Source: Tubiluchus corallicola (Eukaryota > Animalia > Priapulida). Taken from it: a stretch of DNA of 64,000 nt. Within the stretch, counting starts at the first letter, position 1. Each line of letters begins with the position of its first letter. Below the pieces are notes generated by a model. The model did not search any database. It was not told the origin of the DNA and saw nothing but the letters and a program-made list of their open reading frames with translations. Location of the stretch: assembly GCA_030141605.1 (NCBI GenBank), contig JAQGDQ010000718.1:41328-105327 (forward strand), given 5' to 3'. The translations under genes were made by a program, and so were the position numbers. Below are positions 1-14,389 of this stretch, one piece after another.

Positions 1-509
1 TGGTGATGATGATGGTGGTGCTGGTGATGATGATGCTGATGATGATAATGATGGTGGTGGTGGTGATGATGATGGTGGTGGTGGTGGTTGTCACCCACGA
101 CTGTGACTCCTTCACCTTGTTAATAATTCTCCTTTTGCTCTTTTGCAATGGTTTTAGAATTGCCGGTAGCAATGGTGCTGATGCTGCAGCTATAATGAGT
201 AAAACATAAGCCACAGGCATGAACAAGCAAAAGCTATTAAACTGGACAACAACAATAAACAAGTTTCATTTACAAATTGATTGTGTGGAATTACCACAAT
301 AAAACCCTGAAGTGACAACTGCGCATGCGCACAACTCTCACCATTTTGCACATTAATCGGAAATGAAACCATTCATTATTCAAATGTCTGTTTAACGTCC
401 ATGTGCAGTTCTTAAACTAGGAAACCATTCAATCAATGGAATACAATTAAACACTAGCAGCTGAGTGAGATCGTGAAATATAAAACCATAATAGATTGGA
501 AGTTAAATG

Positions 510-1965
510 CTTACAGGTAAAATGTCAAATGTAAAAAGGTTATTATACAATAAGCCAGAGTCAACCCTTTTCCCCCAATGTTCAACCCTGAGTCAACCCT
601 GAGATGGGAAGTTATACTCTAGCAGGTAAAATGTCAAGTGTAAAAAGGTTATTATACAATAAGCCAGAGTCAACCCTTTCCCCCAAGGTCCAACCCTGAG
701 TCAACCCTGAGATGGGAAGTTATACTCTAGCAGGTAAAATGTCAAGTGTAAAAAGGTTATTACACAATAACCCAGAGTCAACCCTTTTCCCCCCAAGGTC
801 CGGCCCTGAGTCAGCCCTGAGATGGGAAGTTATACTCTAACAGGTAAAATGTCAAATGTAAAAAGGTTATTATACAATAAGCCAGAGTCAACCCTTTTCC
901 CCCCAAGGTCCGGCCCTGAGTCAACCCTGAGATGGGAAGTTATACTCTAACAGGTAAAATGTCAAATGTAAAAAGGTTATTATACAATAACCCAGAGTCA
1001 ACCCTTCCCCCCAAGGTCCGGCCCTGAGTCAACCCTGAGATGGGAAGTTATACTCTAACAGGTAAAATGTAAAAAGGTTATTATACAATAAGCCAGAGTC
1101 AACCCTTTCCCCCTAGGTCCAACCCTGAGTCAATCCTGAGATGGGAAGTTAAACTCTAGCATGTCAAATGTAAAAAGGTTATTATACAATAAGCCAGAGT
1201 CAACCCTTCCCCCCAAGGTCCGGCCCTGAGTCAACCCTGAGATGGGAAGTTATACTCTAACAGGTAAAATGTCAAATGTAAAAAGGTTATTATACAATAA
1301 CCCAGAGTCAACCCTTCCCCTCCCCCCCCAAGGTCCGGCCCTGAGTCAACCCTGAGATGGGAAGTTATACTCTAACAGGTAAAATGTCAAATGTAAAAAG
1401 GTTATTATACAATAACCCAGAGTCAACCCTTTCCCCCCCAAGGTCCGGCCCTGAGTCAACCCTGAGATGGGCAGTTAAACTCTAGCAGGTAAAATGTCAA
1501 ATGTAAAAAGGTTATTATACAATAACCCAGAGTCAACCCTTTCCCCCCCAAAGTCCGGCCCTGAGTCAACCCTGAGATGGGCAGTTAAACTCTAACAGGT
1601 AAAATGTCAAATGTAAAAAGGTTATTATACAATAAGCCAGAGTCAACCCTTTCCCCCAAGGTTCAACCCTGAGTCAACCCTGAGATGGGAAGTTATACTC
1701 TAACAGGTAAAATGTCAAATGTAAAAAGGTTATTATACAATAAGCCAGAGTCAACCCTTTCCCCCCCAAAGTCCGGCCCTGAGTCAACCCTGAGATGGGA
1801 AGTTATACTCTAACAGGTAAAATGTCAAATGTAAAAAGGTTATTATACAATAAGCCAGAGTCAACCCTTTCCCCCAAGGTCAAACCCTGAGTCAATCCTG
1901 AGATGGGAAGTTAAACTCTAGCATGTAAAATGTCAAATGTAAAAAGGTTATTACACAGTAAGTCT
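510..1965. repeat. ~105-110 bp tandem satellite, ~13-14 copies
   Basis: Unit caggtaaaatgtcaaatgtaaaaaggttattatacaataa...gagtcaaccctgagatgggaagttatactcta; length varies in a poly-C tract. Confidence 0.95.
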
Positions 1966-3137
1966 GTGAACAGTTCACACTTGAACGTGAGTTATTCAGA
2001 CGGTCATTAAAAACCTGAGTCAACCAAGGTTCCCCCAAGGTCCACACCGCATCCCCATAACCGATTTTTTTTGTATGCAATAAAGTATTTAATTTTACCT
2101 GTGCATTAAGTATGTACTTGTGTATTGTACTAATTGTAGTGTACTGATTAAGTGTAGTTAATTACCTATCTGCGTCTTCCGTAGATTGAATTCGAATTCC
2201 GTAGAGTGAAATCAGGTAGTCTTAGGAGATAAAGAAGAGGAAGAAAATGTGATGCTGGGAGAAGATTTGATCTAAAAGTATACAGTATACTGGAAATCTT
2301 GCATTGGCGTGCTTGGCGACCTTCGCTTGTTGTTGGCTTTGGCCACCTTGTGGTGATTTTTGGCCTAATCACGTGATCAATTTGATCTGGATCAGAAGTG
2401 AAGACGTGTCATGATAAGTTGATAATATATTGTCGTTATCTGTTTACAATTGCTCATGATTTGGGGCTAATAACGTATGTATATCCTCTAATTACTTTAA
2501 TAAATTTACACTTCGTTTCCTGCATTTCGCTCCCGAAGACTTCTATTCTTATAGGTTTATCTGTCGTAATTAGATAAATGCTATTGCAAGAATTTTTTTA
2601 TTAACAGAAGGGTCTTTATAAGCATAAACACTTGCACTGATCTGCTGCTCGGTGTGTGCAATAGAAACTGCCAGCAAAAGTAGGGTAACGGATCGGTAAT
2701 GTTTACGTGGAATGAGGTGATCGTAGGAAGCCAGAAAAGTAGAAAACGGACGACACTTGCTGGGATCCATGAATCACATATTGGCAGGAAAATAATGCAA
2801 CTATTTCATATAATGTTGGAGGAGAGGACAATGACATGTGTTTTTCACTCTTGTCAACTAAATTTAGAGAAAAATATAACAGAAATGCTGCAAAAATTGT
2901 CTATAAAGCGTAAAGTTAATTTATGCTACCGTAGTAGAAATTTTCCGAGACGGTGGTTGCTGCCATTTACTTGAAATTGTGACGTAATTGGTGGACTTCG
3001 TGACTTTCCATTAGCGCGCCGCTGCTTAAACTAATTCAAACTTTTGCAGTTTATCTAAAATTAGCTATTTAATTTGTTGAAAATCATATTTTAACGGAAA
3101 TTGACATTCTGCTTTTTTTCAACCGATGAACGCCGTC

Positions 3138-3176
3138 ATTATTATTATTGTTATTATTATTATTATTATTGTTGTT

Positions 3177-3212
<36 letters not shown>

Positions 3213-3242
3213 ATTATTATTATCATTATTATCATCACCACC

Positions 3243-3313
<71 letters not shown>

Positions 3314-3355
3314 TATCATTATCATTATCATCACCACCAGCATCATCATCATCGT

Positions 3356-3387
<32 letters not shown>

Positions 3388-3400
3388 TCATCATCATTAT
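3138..3400. repeat. Compound trinucleotide microsatellite (ATT/GTT/ATC/ACC)
   Basis: Read directly. A similar (GAT/GGT)n tract lies at 1-90. Confidence 0.95.
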
Positions 3401-3749
3401 TTTATTAGTACATTTATGCTTATACGTTCAATTACTAACGCTTGTTTTATATATATACATAGAAAAATGTACTTTTAATTGTAGGTTATTACTTATGCAA
3501 GTTTCGGAATACAACAATTTTATGTGTTCAGTCTCTAGTTCGCATAATTTATGCATCGTTGATAGAAAAAAGAGCTTTATTTTCGTTATGAAATACGCAT
3601 AGTTTACATTACTATACCAACACAAACCAACATTATTTTTACTTCAATTATGCAAGATGACGCTTGTTTAGTGACAGAAAAATATGGCGACAAATTCACA
3701 AATTTGTTTTGTAAGTATGCAGAGTTTAATTACAATATTAATTTAGCAA

Positions 3750-4242
3750 CGACGGCCATATCACGTTGAAAACACCGGTTCTCGTCTGAACACCGAAGTT
3801 AAGCAACGTAGAGCCTGGTTAGATGGGTGACCGGCTAGGACACTAGGCAGAGGAGCTGCACAAACAGCCAACGGCTAGAGGGCGGAGGAGGTCAAGTGAC
3901 TCAACGGCCATGTGTAGAGGAGTAAACCTTCCAAATCAGGAGTGGAGCCCCGAAGGGGGACCAGTGCAGCATGCTCACTGACTCTGGCAGCTCCTGCAGC
4001 CAACCTGGTGCCAAACGTATCGCTCTGCTTTCCTTTGGACTACACCAGGGAGGAAGAGAGGGGTTCCTGTTGTCTGGGCAACTCAGGATCTCCATACACC
4101 TTGCCCAGGCGTGCGCCCTGGAGACGTTCAAGGATCGCACTGCTCAGCCACAGTCGACGCTGCAGCTCCATCAATGTGATCAATAACTGACTCTCTTGGG
4201 GCACACTCCATTGTCTTCCGAGACAGAAGGATGCCAACAACG
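3750..4242 (+). mobile_element. 5S rRNA-derived SINE (SINE3-type), copy 1, with internal deletions in the 5S head
   Basis: Head gacggccatatcacgttgaaaacaccggttctcgtc..ccgaagttaagcaacgt matches animal 5S rRNA; ~400 bp body shared with 27639-28170; CAACAAC tail; TSD atttagcaa at 3741-3749 and 4243-4251. Confidence 0.9.
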
Positions 4243-4639
4243 ATTTAGCAATGAGTTTGGAGTTTCTTTATCCTCATCAGGTATCTGCTACAAAATCGTC
4301 TTGTTTACGACGTAATTCCATCAACTTGTTTACCATGCGCACGTCTCCATTTCGTTTCATTTCGTTTCGTGTTTTCCTTTCATTTCTCAACGCTCTCTCC
4401 CGCCATATCCCGTCGTGCACTTCATGCTGATTTGAATAATCAACCAATTAGCGCGCGAGGCGTGTTTGACGAAGTCTGCACGACGTTTAGATAATCAGTT
4501 CATGAGACAAAGGCTCTCACCTGTCACATCGCGTTGTGCCAATTTCATGTCATTCATGCATAAAATTATCAAGATTCCCCGTTGAGTTTGATGCATTTCA
4601 TGAAAATTCCTGAGGTAAGTGGAGATCTATTGTAATTAA

Positions 4640-5525
4640 CGTACTGGCTGACTGAGTGACTGACTGTTTGACTGACTGATTGACTGACTGACTGACTGTT
4701 TGACTGACTGACTGGCTGACTCACTGACTGACTCACTGACTGACTCACTGACTGGCTGGCTCACTGACTGACAGACTGGCTGGCTCACTGACTGACTGAC
4801 TGACTGTTGACTGACTGGCTGACTGACTGACTGGCTGACTGACTGACTGACTAACTGACTGATTGACTGACTGGTTGACTGACTGACTGACTGACTAATT
4901 GACTGACTGGTTGACTGACTGACTGACTGACTGACTGGCTGGCTGGCTGACTGACTAACTAACTGACTGACTGACTGACTGACTGACTGACTGACTGACT
5001 GACTGACTGACTGACTGACTGACTGACTGACTGACTGACTGACTGACTGACTGACTGACTGACTAACTGACTCACTGACTGACTGACTGGCTCGCTGACT
5101 GACTGACTGACTCACTGACTGACTGACTGACTGACTGTTGACTGACTTGCTGACTGACTGACTGGCTGACTGACTGACTGACTAACTGACTGATTGACTG
5201 ACTGGTTGACTGACTGACTGACTGACTAATTGACTGACTGGTTGACTGACTGACTGACTGACTGACTGACTGGCTGGCTGGCTGGCTGACTGACTAACTA
5301 ACTGACTGACTGACTGACTGACTGACTGACTGACTGACTGACTGACTGACTGACTGACTGACTGACTGACTGACTGACTGACTGACTGACTAACTGACTC
5401 ACTGACTGACTGACTGGCTCGCCGACTGACTAACTGACTCACTGACTGACTGACTGGCTCGCCGACTGACTGACTGACTCACTGACTGACTGACTGGCTG
5501 GCTGACTGACTAACTGACTGACTGA
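4640..5525. repeat. (GACT)n compound microsatellite
   Basis: Read directly; source of the spurious SQSV ORFs. Confidence 0.95.
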
Positions 5526-5851
5526 TTTTGATTTTTTTGATTTAATATTTTATTTCAAACTTTACAAAGTTCATATACACATCACAAATTAATACAAATA
5601 ATACAATAAATCATGACACACAACAATAACACAAATAACAATTAACGATATAACAAACTACGCCAATGACGTCTAATTACAGAAGTAAAGTTTACATCAC
5701 TGTTTGAAATGTTCTTGCATATAAAATTTTCACTCTTATTCAGCCTGACGTGTAAACTGTATGCACATTTTCTGTGAATCACATCAAAATAAATAATATT
5801 AAGTCTAGTAGAATATCTAGCGCTTGTATCATATGAAAAGTTAAACAGCTT
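5526..5851 (-). mobile_element. 3' end of a non-LTR retrotransposon (same family as 23783-25010)
   Basis: Reverse complement matches 24188-24377 joined to 24867-25010, including AATAAA and an ATCAA-type tail. Confidence 0.85.
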
Positions 5852-5965
5852 AAACTGACTGACAGACTGACTGACTGACTGACTGGCTGACTGTTAGACC
5901 GTTTGACTGACCAACTGCCTGATCTACATACAATCAACTGATTAACTTTCTGCCAGCCTACCTGA

Positions 5966-6512
5966 CACACTCACTCACTCACTCACTCACTCACTCACTC
6001 ACTCACTCACTCACTCACTCACTCACTCACTCACTCACTCACTCACTCACTCACTCACTCACTCACTCACTCACTCACTCACTCACTCACTCACTCACTC
6101 ACTCACTCACTGACTCACTCACTCACTCACTCACTCACTCACTCGCTCGCTCACTCACTCACTCATTCACTCACTCACTTACTCACTCACTCACTCACTC
6201 ACTCACTCATTCATTCACTCACTCACTCACTCACTCGCTCGCTCACTCACTCATTCACTCACTCACTCACTCACTCACTCACTCACTCATTCACTCACTC
6301 ATTCACTCACTCACTCACTCACTCATTCACTCACTCACTCACTCACTCACTCGCTCACTCACTCACTCATTCACTCACTCACTCACTCACTCGCTCACTC
6401 ACTCATTCACTCACTCACTCACTGACTCACTGACTCACTGACTCACTCACTCACTCACTCACTCACTCGCTCACTCACTCACTCATTCACTCACTCACTC
6501 GCTCACTCACTC
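5966..6512. repeat. (CACT)n microsatellite
   Basis: Read directly. Confidence 0.95.
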
Positions 6513-6699
6513 TCTGATTGACTTACTAATTTACTGACTGAGGTAAGTACTACTGAATAACTGATTGATTAATTTGTCTCACAAATTGATTAAGCAATGA
6601 ATAAGCGAAGCATAGACGAATATTGTGATTCAGAGAGGAAAAGAGAACGAAGGAAAGAAGAACAAAGAAAGGAAGTTAAAACGAGGCAATGAGAACAGG

Positions 6700-7160
<461 letters not shown>

Positions 7161-8114
7161 AATAACAGAAGAAATAAACAGACAAACAGGCTACAGAATG
7201 AGAGTTTAAATGCTGAATGAGCCACTGCTACAACTCTGTGCCATTTTCATAACATTTTCCATAACAGTTACGTAAACAAATTATTTCGCATTATTACATG
7301 TATAATGAATATGTATATATTTGCCTAGTTCTTCGTGTAATAAAACTATAATTTAACCTTTATATGGTTATGTATAAAGTTTTACATGAAATGAAAAACA
7401 AAATTTTTTAATATCTTGCTCTATTTTGAAGTACATGTAAAAGTATGCATTTTACCGCCTATATTAATGCCAAAGCGTTTCTGATAATTAAATAATGGTT
7501 TTTATAAACTTTATTAACACAATGAACCCCGCTAGTGACGACGTCACAATTGAACATAATTTCGAGCTACAGAAATATTTCAGGAGCGTGTTGCACATGT
7601 TTGTGAAAGCGAAGGTTAAAGTATAGTGATACTGTAAGAGATTTAGAGTGATACACAAAAACTGGAGAAAATTTATTTCTAAATTTTTAAAGTCTAAGTT
7701 TACTACTGCGTCATACTTAGAGCTTCGGTTTAAAATTGGGTTATGTTTTCCTTTAACGCTGTCTAGCTAAATCTTTTTATTTAGTTTTATTTTTATTTGA
7801 CGAAAGTTTCGAGAATATTCTAGCAGTCTTCTTGCAGACAAAATTTTCATGCATTTCTAAGTCACAACGTTTTTCTCACATAAGCTCGTGTAAGCTTCTC
7901 GTAGTTTGCTTGACTTTATGTAACCAGATTTGTCGTTTACACCTGTTCTCTGGCTTTTGTAAAATAGTTTTTAACACTAAGATATTCCTCTGCCTTTGAG
8001 AATAAGTATAACATTTGCTTAAACCATTTTTATTAACTCTTCACAAAGTTAAGAATATTTTTTTAATTTATAACGACGCTTAATTGCTCGATTATATAAT
8101 ATAATGTAATATGA

Positions 8115-8200
8115 ATTCATTCGTTCGTTCATTTATTCATTCATTCATTCATTCATTCATTCATTCATTCATTCATTCATTCATTCATTCATTCATTCGT

Positions 8201-8260
<60 letters not shown>

Positions 8261-8440
8261 TCATTCATTCATTCATTCATTCTTCCTTCATTCATTCCTT
8301 CCTTTCTTTCATTCATTCTTTCATTCTTTCTTCATTCATTCATTCATTCATTCATTCATTCATTCATTCTTTCATTCATTTAATCATTCATTTATTCACT
8401 CACTAACTCATTCTTTCATTCATTTAATCATTCATTCATT
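8115..8440. repeat. (TTCA/TTTC)n microsatellite
   Basis: Read directly. Confidence 0.95.
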
Positions 8441-8539
8441 CTAATCATCAGTAATCAGCCGCTTACAAAATGCACAGACAACCGTCCAAGCTGCCAGGGC
8501 TTAAAGCAGTCAGAAGCCATTTGGCCAACTAGCTAATCA

Positions 8540-8960
8540 GTGTATAGAAATTTTTACGCGTAATGGCGTAATTATGACGTAACTGGCGGCTTCGTAACTT
8601 CTCGGAAGTGCATCGTGGTTTTTCGTAGGCCAGCACCGGTTACAGTAATTTAAACTTCCGTACCTACCCTAGTATTCATAAAAATATCACAAAATTAGCA
8701 GTCTAGTTTTCTTATGAAAACTTCTTATACATTTGACACAAATTTACAAAGCGTTGTTGTTCTTCCGTCGACGGGTGACGTCATTGGTGGACGAATGGGA
8801 GCGCAATCATTGTGTTCAATAACCTAATGATCGCGACTTTAAAGTGTTTTTACTCTTCATAGGAGACGCTTGATGCACTTTTATTACTAAATGCTTCTAA
8901 TATTTTCTTCGAACAATCGAAATAAGTCCAACTTCCCAGAAGGCTTGTCTTTTCCTTTAA
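8540..8960 (-). mobile_element. TTAA-ended MITE, family K2 (Kolobok/T2-like)
   Basis: Ends cttcccagaaggcttgtcttttcctttaa, the reverse complement of the 13541 terminus; internal similarity to 13541-14038. Left end approximate. Confidence 0.7.
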
Positions 8961-9296
8961 CTACCCTGTGGAGAACTCACCGTTGAGCTGTTCAAGGGTC
9001 AAGAGAATGGAAAAACAACTCAAAAACTGGGCTTCCTATGAAACAAATTAGCTGTTATATTAGCAGTTTGGCTGATCCCTTAACCTGCTGCTTTTACGTC
9101 GTTCTAAACCTCCCATTAGTCATAATTAGCAGCTTCATCAGTAAATGAAACTTAGCTGTCAGAGAGTGTTGCCGAAAGACTGCGCATGCGTGGAACCTTG
9201 AATAAATTGCAGTGAAGCCAGGAGGAAGATTTATTAAAAGCAGAAGTAAGTTTTTCAATGTGCAAGTGTTAGCAATGAGTGATAATAATCATTATG

Positions 9297-9963
9297 TAGG
9301 TTTTACATGTCAAATGTAGACCTGCGTTAACTCAAATGTAGATTTAGGTAATTCAAATGTGTCTTGGTAACTCAAATGTAGATTTAGGTAATTCAAATGT
9401 GTCTTGGTAACTCAAATGTAGACTTAGGTAGTTCAAATGTGTTAGCAATGGTTTTCAAGAAATCTTAAGCGTTTTTGGTAAGTCAAATGTAGACACATGT
9501 CAAGTCAAATGTGACATTGGTATCTCAAATGTGGATAGGTGGTAAAGTTTAAGGATGTTAAATTTAATCTTCTTTAATTTTAATTTAATAATTGCTCTTA
9601 AGTTAAAATAACAATGTTATAGGTTCACTAATATTCTGTAAACTTTACATACCATTGGAACTGTTAGAGAAAATAATACATTCTTAAAATAAACAATGTT
9701 TCTTGAGAGAAACTAATTCATTAATGCAGTGCTAATGTATTACTTAAAAAACTAATTAGTGATTCACTGTTCATTGGGAAGGGATAAACAACACATTTTT
9801 CAAAGTTATGAAAGAGGTGATGACTATCTTTGGTTTATCTACATTTGACTTACCCAAGTCACATTTGAGCTACCAAAACACATTCGAAATTCCTATGTCT
9901 ATATTTGACTTACCTAAGTCACATTTGAACTTTTCTGTGTCTACATTTGACGTGTAAAACCTA
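9297..9963. mobile_element. MITE with ~25-bp TIRs, TA at both ends, and subterminal tcaaatgt repeats
   Basis: taggttttacatgtcaaatgtagac ... gtctacatttgacgtgtaaaaccta; subterminal repeats are mirrored at the two ends. Confidence 0.85.
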
Positions 9964-10180
9964 TAGTAGGAATTTATAAGAAAGATTGTATCACGAATTG
10001 TTCTAAGCGGGAGAGTTAAAATTTCAATGGTGAGTAGACCTAATAATGATATGCTTTTCTTGAATGAAATTTTTCTTGAATTAAGTAAGTTACCTGATTT
10101 CATTGAACTACGAACTATGGATTTTATTTCACACATCAAAAAATACAATATCAAACACATTAACAAACTTTAAATAAAAT

Positions 10181-11142
10181 AATTTGAGTAGTTCAAGGTG
10201 AGTGCACGACCATACGGTCATTAACACACTCACCTTACTTAAATGAAAAAATGATTATAGTTATGCATGCTTCTGTAGATAGCTTAATGTGAATAAGGAT
10301 GAAGTAAGTGATGTAATAATTTGAGTACTGCGAGGTGAGTGTACGACCATACGGTCATTAACACACTCACCTTACTTAAATGAAAAAATGATTATAGTTA
10401 TGCATGCTTCTGTAGATAACTTAATGTGAATAAGGATGAAGTAAGTGATGTAATAATTTGAGTAGTGCGAGGTGAGTGTACGACCATACGGTCATTAACA
10501 CACTCACCTTACTTAAATGAAAAAATGATTATAATTATGCATGCTTCTGTAGATAACTTAATGTAAATAAGGATGAAGTAAATGATGTAATAATGTGAGT
10601 AGTGCGAGGTGAGTGTACGACCATATGGTCATTAACACACTCACCTTACTTAAATGAAAAAATGATTATAATTATGCATGCTTCTGTAGATAACTTAATG
10701 TAAATAAGGATGAAGTAAATGATGTAATAATGTGAGTAGTGCGAGGTGAGTGTACGACCATACGGTCATTAACACATTCACCTTACTTAAATGAAAAAAT
10801 GATTATAGTTATGCATGCTTCTGTAGATAACTTAATGTAAATAAGGATGAAGTAAATGATGTAATAATTTGAGTAGTGCGAGGTGAGTGTACGACCATAC
10901 GGTCATTAACACACTCGTCTTACTTCAATGAAAAAATGATTATAGTTATGCATGCTTCTGTAGATAACTTAATGTAAATAAGGATGAAGTAAATGATGTA
11001 ATAATTTGAGTAGTGCGAGGTGAGTGTACGACCATACGATCATTAACACACTCACCTTACTTAAATGAAAAAATGATTATAGTTATGCATGCTTCTGTAG
11101 ATAACTTAATGTAAATAAGGATGAAGTAAATGATGTAATAAT
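10181..11142. repeat. 137-bp tandem satellite, 7 copies
   Basis: gtgagtg recurs at 10198, 10335, 10472, 10609, 10746, 10883, 11020. Confidence 0.95.
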
Positions 11143-11536
11143 AGCAATGGTATAAGAGCAATAAACCTGAAAGTTGAGAAAGTCAAACATAATATGTAAT
11201 TACGACTTTGAGTGAGTCTTAAAGAGTGAAAATTTTTGTTTAAATAGTTATGAATATGAATTATGTGATTATCTGTCAATGCACCACTTACTTGATTTAC
11301 AATGTAAACGAAAACCCTGTGATAATAATGATGTATAATGATGATGATGATGATGATAAGTATGTGTGATCATTTTAATTTAATGATAAATGGAAAATTT
11401 CTGCTTTTTTTTGACTTGTAATAAAAAATTATTGCGGGATTTTTCGGGATTTTCATTTTTTAACATGTTATTCCAAGTATTGTTCAATGACGTAGGGAAC
11501 TGATAATAATTTCCTGGAGTTTGATTAGGATACATC

Positions 11537-11917
11537 CAGGGCTGGATTCTCTTATTGGCTAGTACAGCCTAGGGCTTTAAAGCTTATGGGGGGGGGGTGT
11601 CAAACTTTGGTAACATTTGGTAAAAAAATCTGTTTTTAATTACGGTTTTCTTAATTAAAATATGCGCTAATTTGGTTGACAATAAATAATAAAATAGTGA
11701 TAAGAATTAAAGAATCTATTTTTTGTCAAATAAAAGATAGTTTTTCTCTAGTTTATTTAAAGAATTTGCACCAAGCTGTGCAAATGTCGATAAAATACGA
11801 CAGGAGCAAAAACATCTCCAAGGCGGGTGCGAGAGAGTTAAACGATGGGTCCGTCTGAGGGGGGACAGCATACTTTCGTTACCCTAGGCGCCTCCAAAAG
11901 GTCATCATCCGGCCCTG
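11537..11917. mobile_element. hAT-like MITE
   Basis: Termini cagggctgga...tccggccctg; 8-bp TSD gatacatc/gatacata. Confidence 0.8.
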
Positions 11918-12139
11918 GATACATACAGGAATCTCTAAGCACTTGTGCAATTTGTCCATTTCTATTACCACCACTGGATGATAGCTTATATCAGATTAAG
12001 TACATAAGATGACACGCTTGGCATTACTTAACGAATATTTAACAAGAGAATATGACCTCTGTGCTGCGTTTTTATTCGGTTTGGCACCGTGGAGGAAATT
12101 TAGCGTCCAGTGACAGGATCCTTGGCATGTGGGAACTTT

Positions 12140-12316
12140 GGTAGATTAGTTCACCAAGAGGAGATACCAAACTGGTAGATGCATCTTAGTGACTGGAGCC
12201 AAGGCTACTAGATTGGAGCTTAGGTAGATTAGTTCACCAAGAGGAGATACCAAACTGGTAGATGCATCTTAGTGACTGGAGCCTAGGTAGATTAATTCAT
12301 TAAGAGGAGATACCAG
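12140..12316. repeat. Short tandem duplication (~2.5 copies)
   Basis: ggtagattagttcaccaagaggagatacca occurs three times. Confidence 0.85.
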
Positions 12317-12519
12317 ACCATATACGTGTGTGTGTGTGTGTGTGTGTGCGTATGCGTGCGCGTGTGTGTGCGCGTGCGTGTGCGTGCGTGTGTTTGTGCG
12401 TATGTAGGAACTAATTCAAAGTTCTGACAAAATTTTCAATCTATTTTTTCCATAAAACTTGTTCTACTTTTGACGGAAATAATTGACAGTGCACTGTTTT
12501 TCTTCAGTTGATATACATA

Positions 12520-12571
12520 TATCACATATACATATTATCACATATATATATATGACGTCACTGGTGGACAT

Positions 12572-12641
<70 letters not shown>

Positions 12642-12805
12642 ATGTCCACCAGTGACGTCATATATATGTGATAATATGTGTGTGTGTGTGTGATGTCCAC
12701 CAGTGACGTCATATATATATATATGTGATAATATGTATATATATATATGTGTGTGTGTGATGTCCACCAGTGACGTCATATATGTATGTGATAATATGTA
12801 TATAC
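12520..12805. repeat. Long palindrome plus direct repeats, built from (CA)n/(AT)n/(TG)n and tccaccagtgacgtca
   Basis: The arm tatcacatatat..tgacgtcactggtggacatcacacac is mirrored across an (AT)n centre near 12610. Confidence 0.9.
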
Positions 12806-13540
12806 TATGTGATATATGTGGGCTAATATTGGATACTGAAACATGTCAATATTTCTATAAAATTTGGGGGTTCCACTAGTGAGTTTGGTCTAACGCCCGC
12901 AAATAGGTAAATCCGCCTTTCGTCATCAATGTATTCACTGATCGGTGAAAGCTCACATTCAATTTCAAAGCACAAATACTAGATGTATGTATGTAACTGT
13001 TATGAAACATTACCTTACACTAAATGAATCACTTCACCTGAATGTTTTATCACATGTTGTGGGCGTAAGCTGCTATTGCTTACCTTCTTTATTAGCTACT
13101 TAATGAATGTGTATACGGCAGAGTGAGGCATTGAGAAAAGTAATGAATGCACTGGGAATCTGTTATTCACATTTTGATGGTTTCCCATGTTGGCAAGTTG
13201 ATAATGATGACATTGCATAAGGTGAAGTAAGCGTTGTAATATCAGAGGCGTTAAGAGCAAGAGCAAATGGCGTTTTGCCTCGAGGGGAATACTGCAATTA
13301 TACTTGTCACTAAGTGGGCTCAGTGATCGCTGAGTTTGGCAACGCCGAGTTGGTAAGTAATTGGATAGTTGACCGTCTGATAACAAATTCCGACTATTTA
13401 CAATTTTCAAGGATGATGAAAACATGCCCGAAATATTTGTTCAGTAGGATTTTTGGTGTATATTTGTTATTTTTTGGCTAAATCCTCACACACACAGCCC
13501 AAAACTAGGTCACTTGAGCCACAATTAAAATATTAAATTC

Positions 13541-14038
13541 TTAAAGGAAAGGCCAAGACTTCTGGGAAGTTAGGCTAATTTCAATGTCAGTGAGAAATAT
13601 TAGAAAGATTTAGTAAAAAACTGTTAATAAGCGGCTCGTGTGATTAGTAAAATCACTTTAAAGTCGCCATCATTCACGCTTGTGTGCTATCATTTTCAAC
13701 ACCCAATCTTTCACTAATGAATTTCTGTGGAAAGTATATTAAGTTTTTGCAAAAAAATAGATTTCTATTTTGTCACACTTTTGCGTGAACATTAGGGAAG
13801 CTGCAGAACTTTGAATTAGTCTAATCAGCGCGCTCTTACGGATGGCCGCGATGCGCTTACGAAAATTCACGAGATCCACCAGTTACGTCATGATTTTCAA
13901 CTGAATGACGGCAACCACCATTCTCAAACATGGTCTGTACGGCCGTAGTATAAATTACTTATATTATAATAAGTTTAAACTTTAAGTGACAATAGTAAAA
14001 TTAACCCAACATGCAAAATGACTTGTCTTTCCCTTTAA
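13541..14038 (+). mobile_element. TTAA-flanked MITE, family K2 (Kolobok/T2-like)
   Basis: ttaa-aggaaaggccaag ... cttgtctttccct-ttaa. Related copies or fragments at ~2860-3100, 8540-8960, 21636-22130, 55055-55290 and 55660-55790. Confidence 0.8.
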
Positions 14039-14389
14039 AGAATCATTTGTTTTACCTGACCAGCTTATCCACACATTGAGTTGATTCGGGAGATTTCAAT
14101 ACCATCTTCACGAATTTATAGTAAACAGTGTACATCTGCTCGCATCGCAGGCTTATGAGTTACACTGCAACAAAAGCTACTTATATTAACGAACAATTGG
14201 TGAATTGAGCATTAAGTATCTTCCAGTATTGTTGAAGAATATATGTGCATTATCCGTTCCATTCAAACCTGCGGGCTTCATTATATGACACGTTCTCCAT
14301 TACATTGTCAATGGGGGGGGGTATCTCTGGAATATTCGGCTAAAGTAAAAATTCCCCAAACACAAAAGAAATTAGTTCGTGAAGCGGAT

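Noticed and set aside
3901-4240. Short ORFs conserved between 3.9-4.2 kb and 27.6-27.9 kb
   Set aside because: Conservation reflects SINE copies; indels shift the frames between copies.
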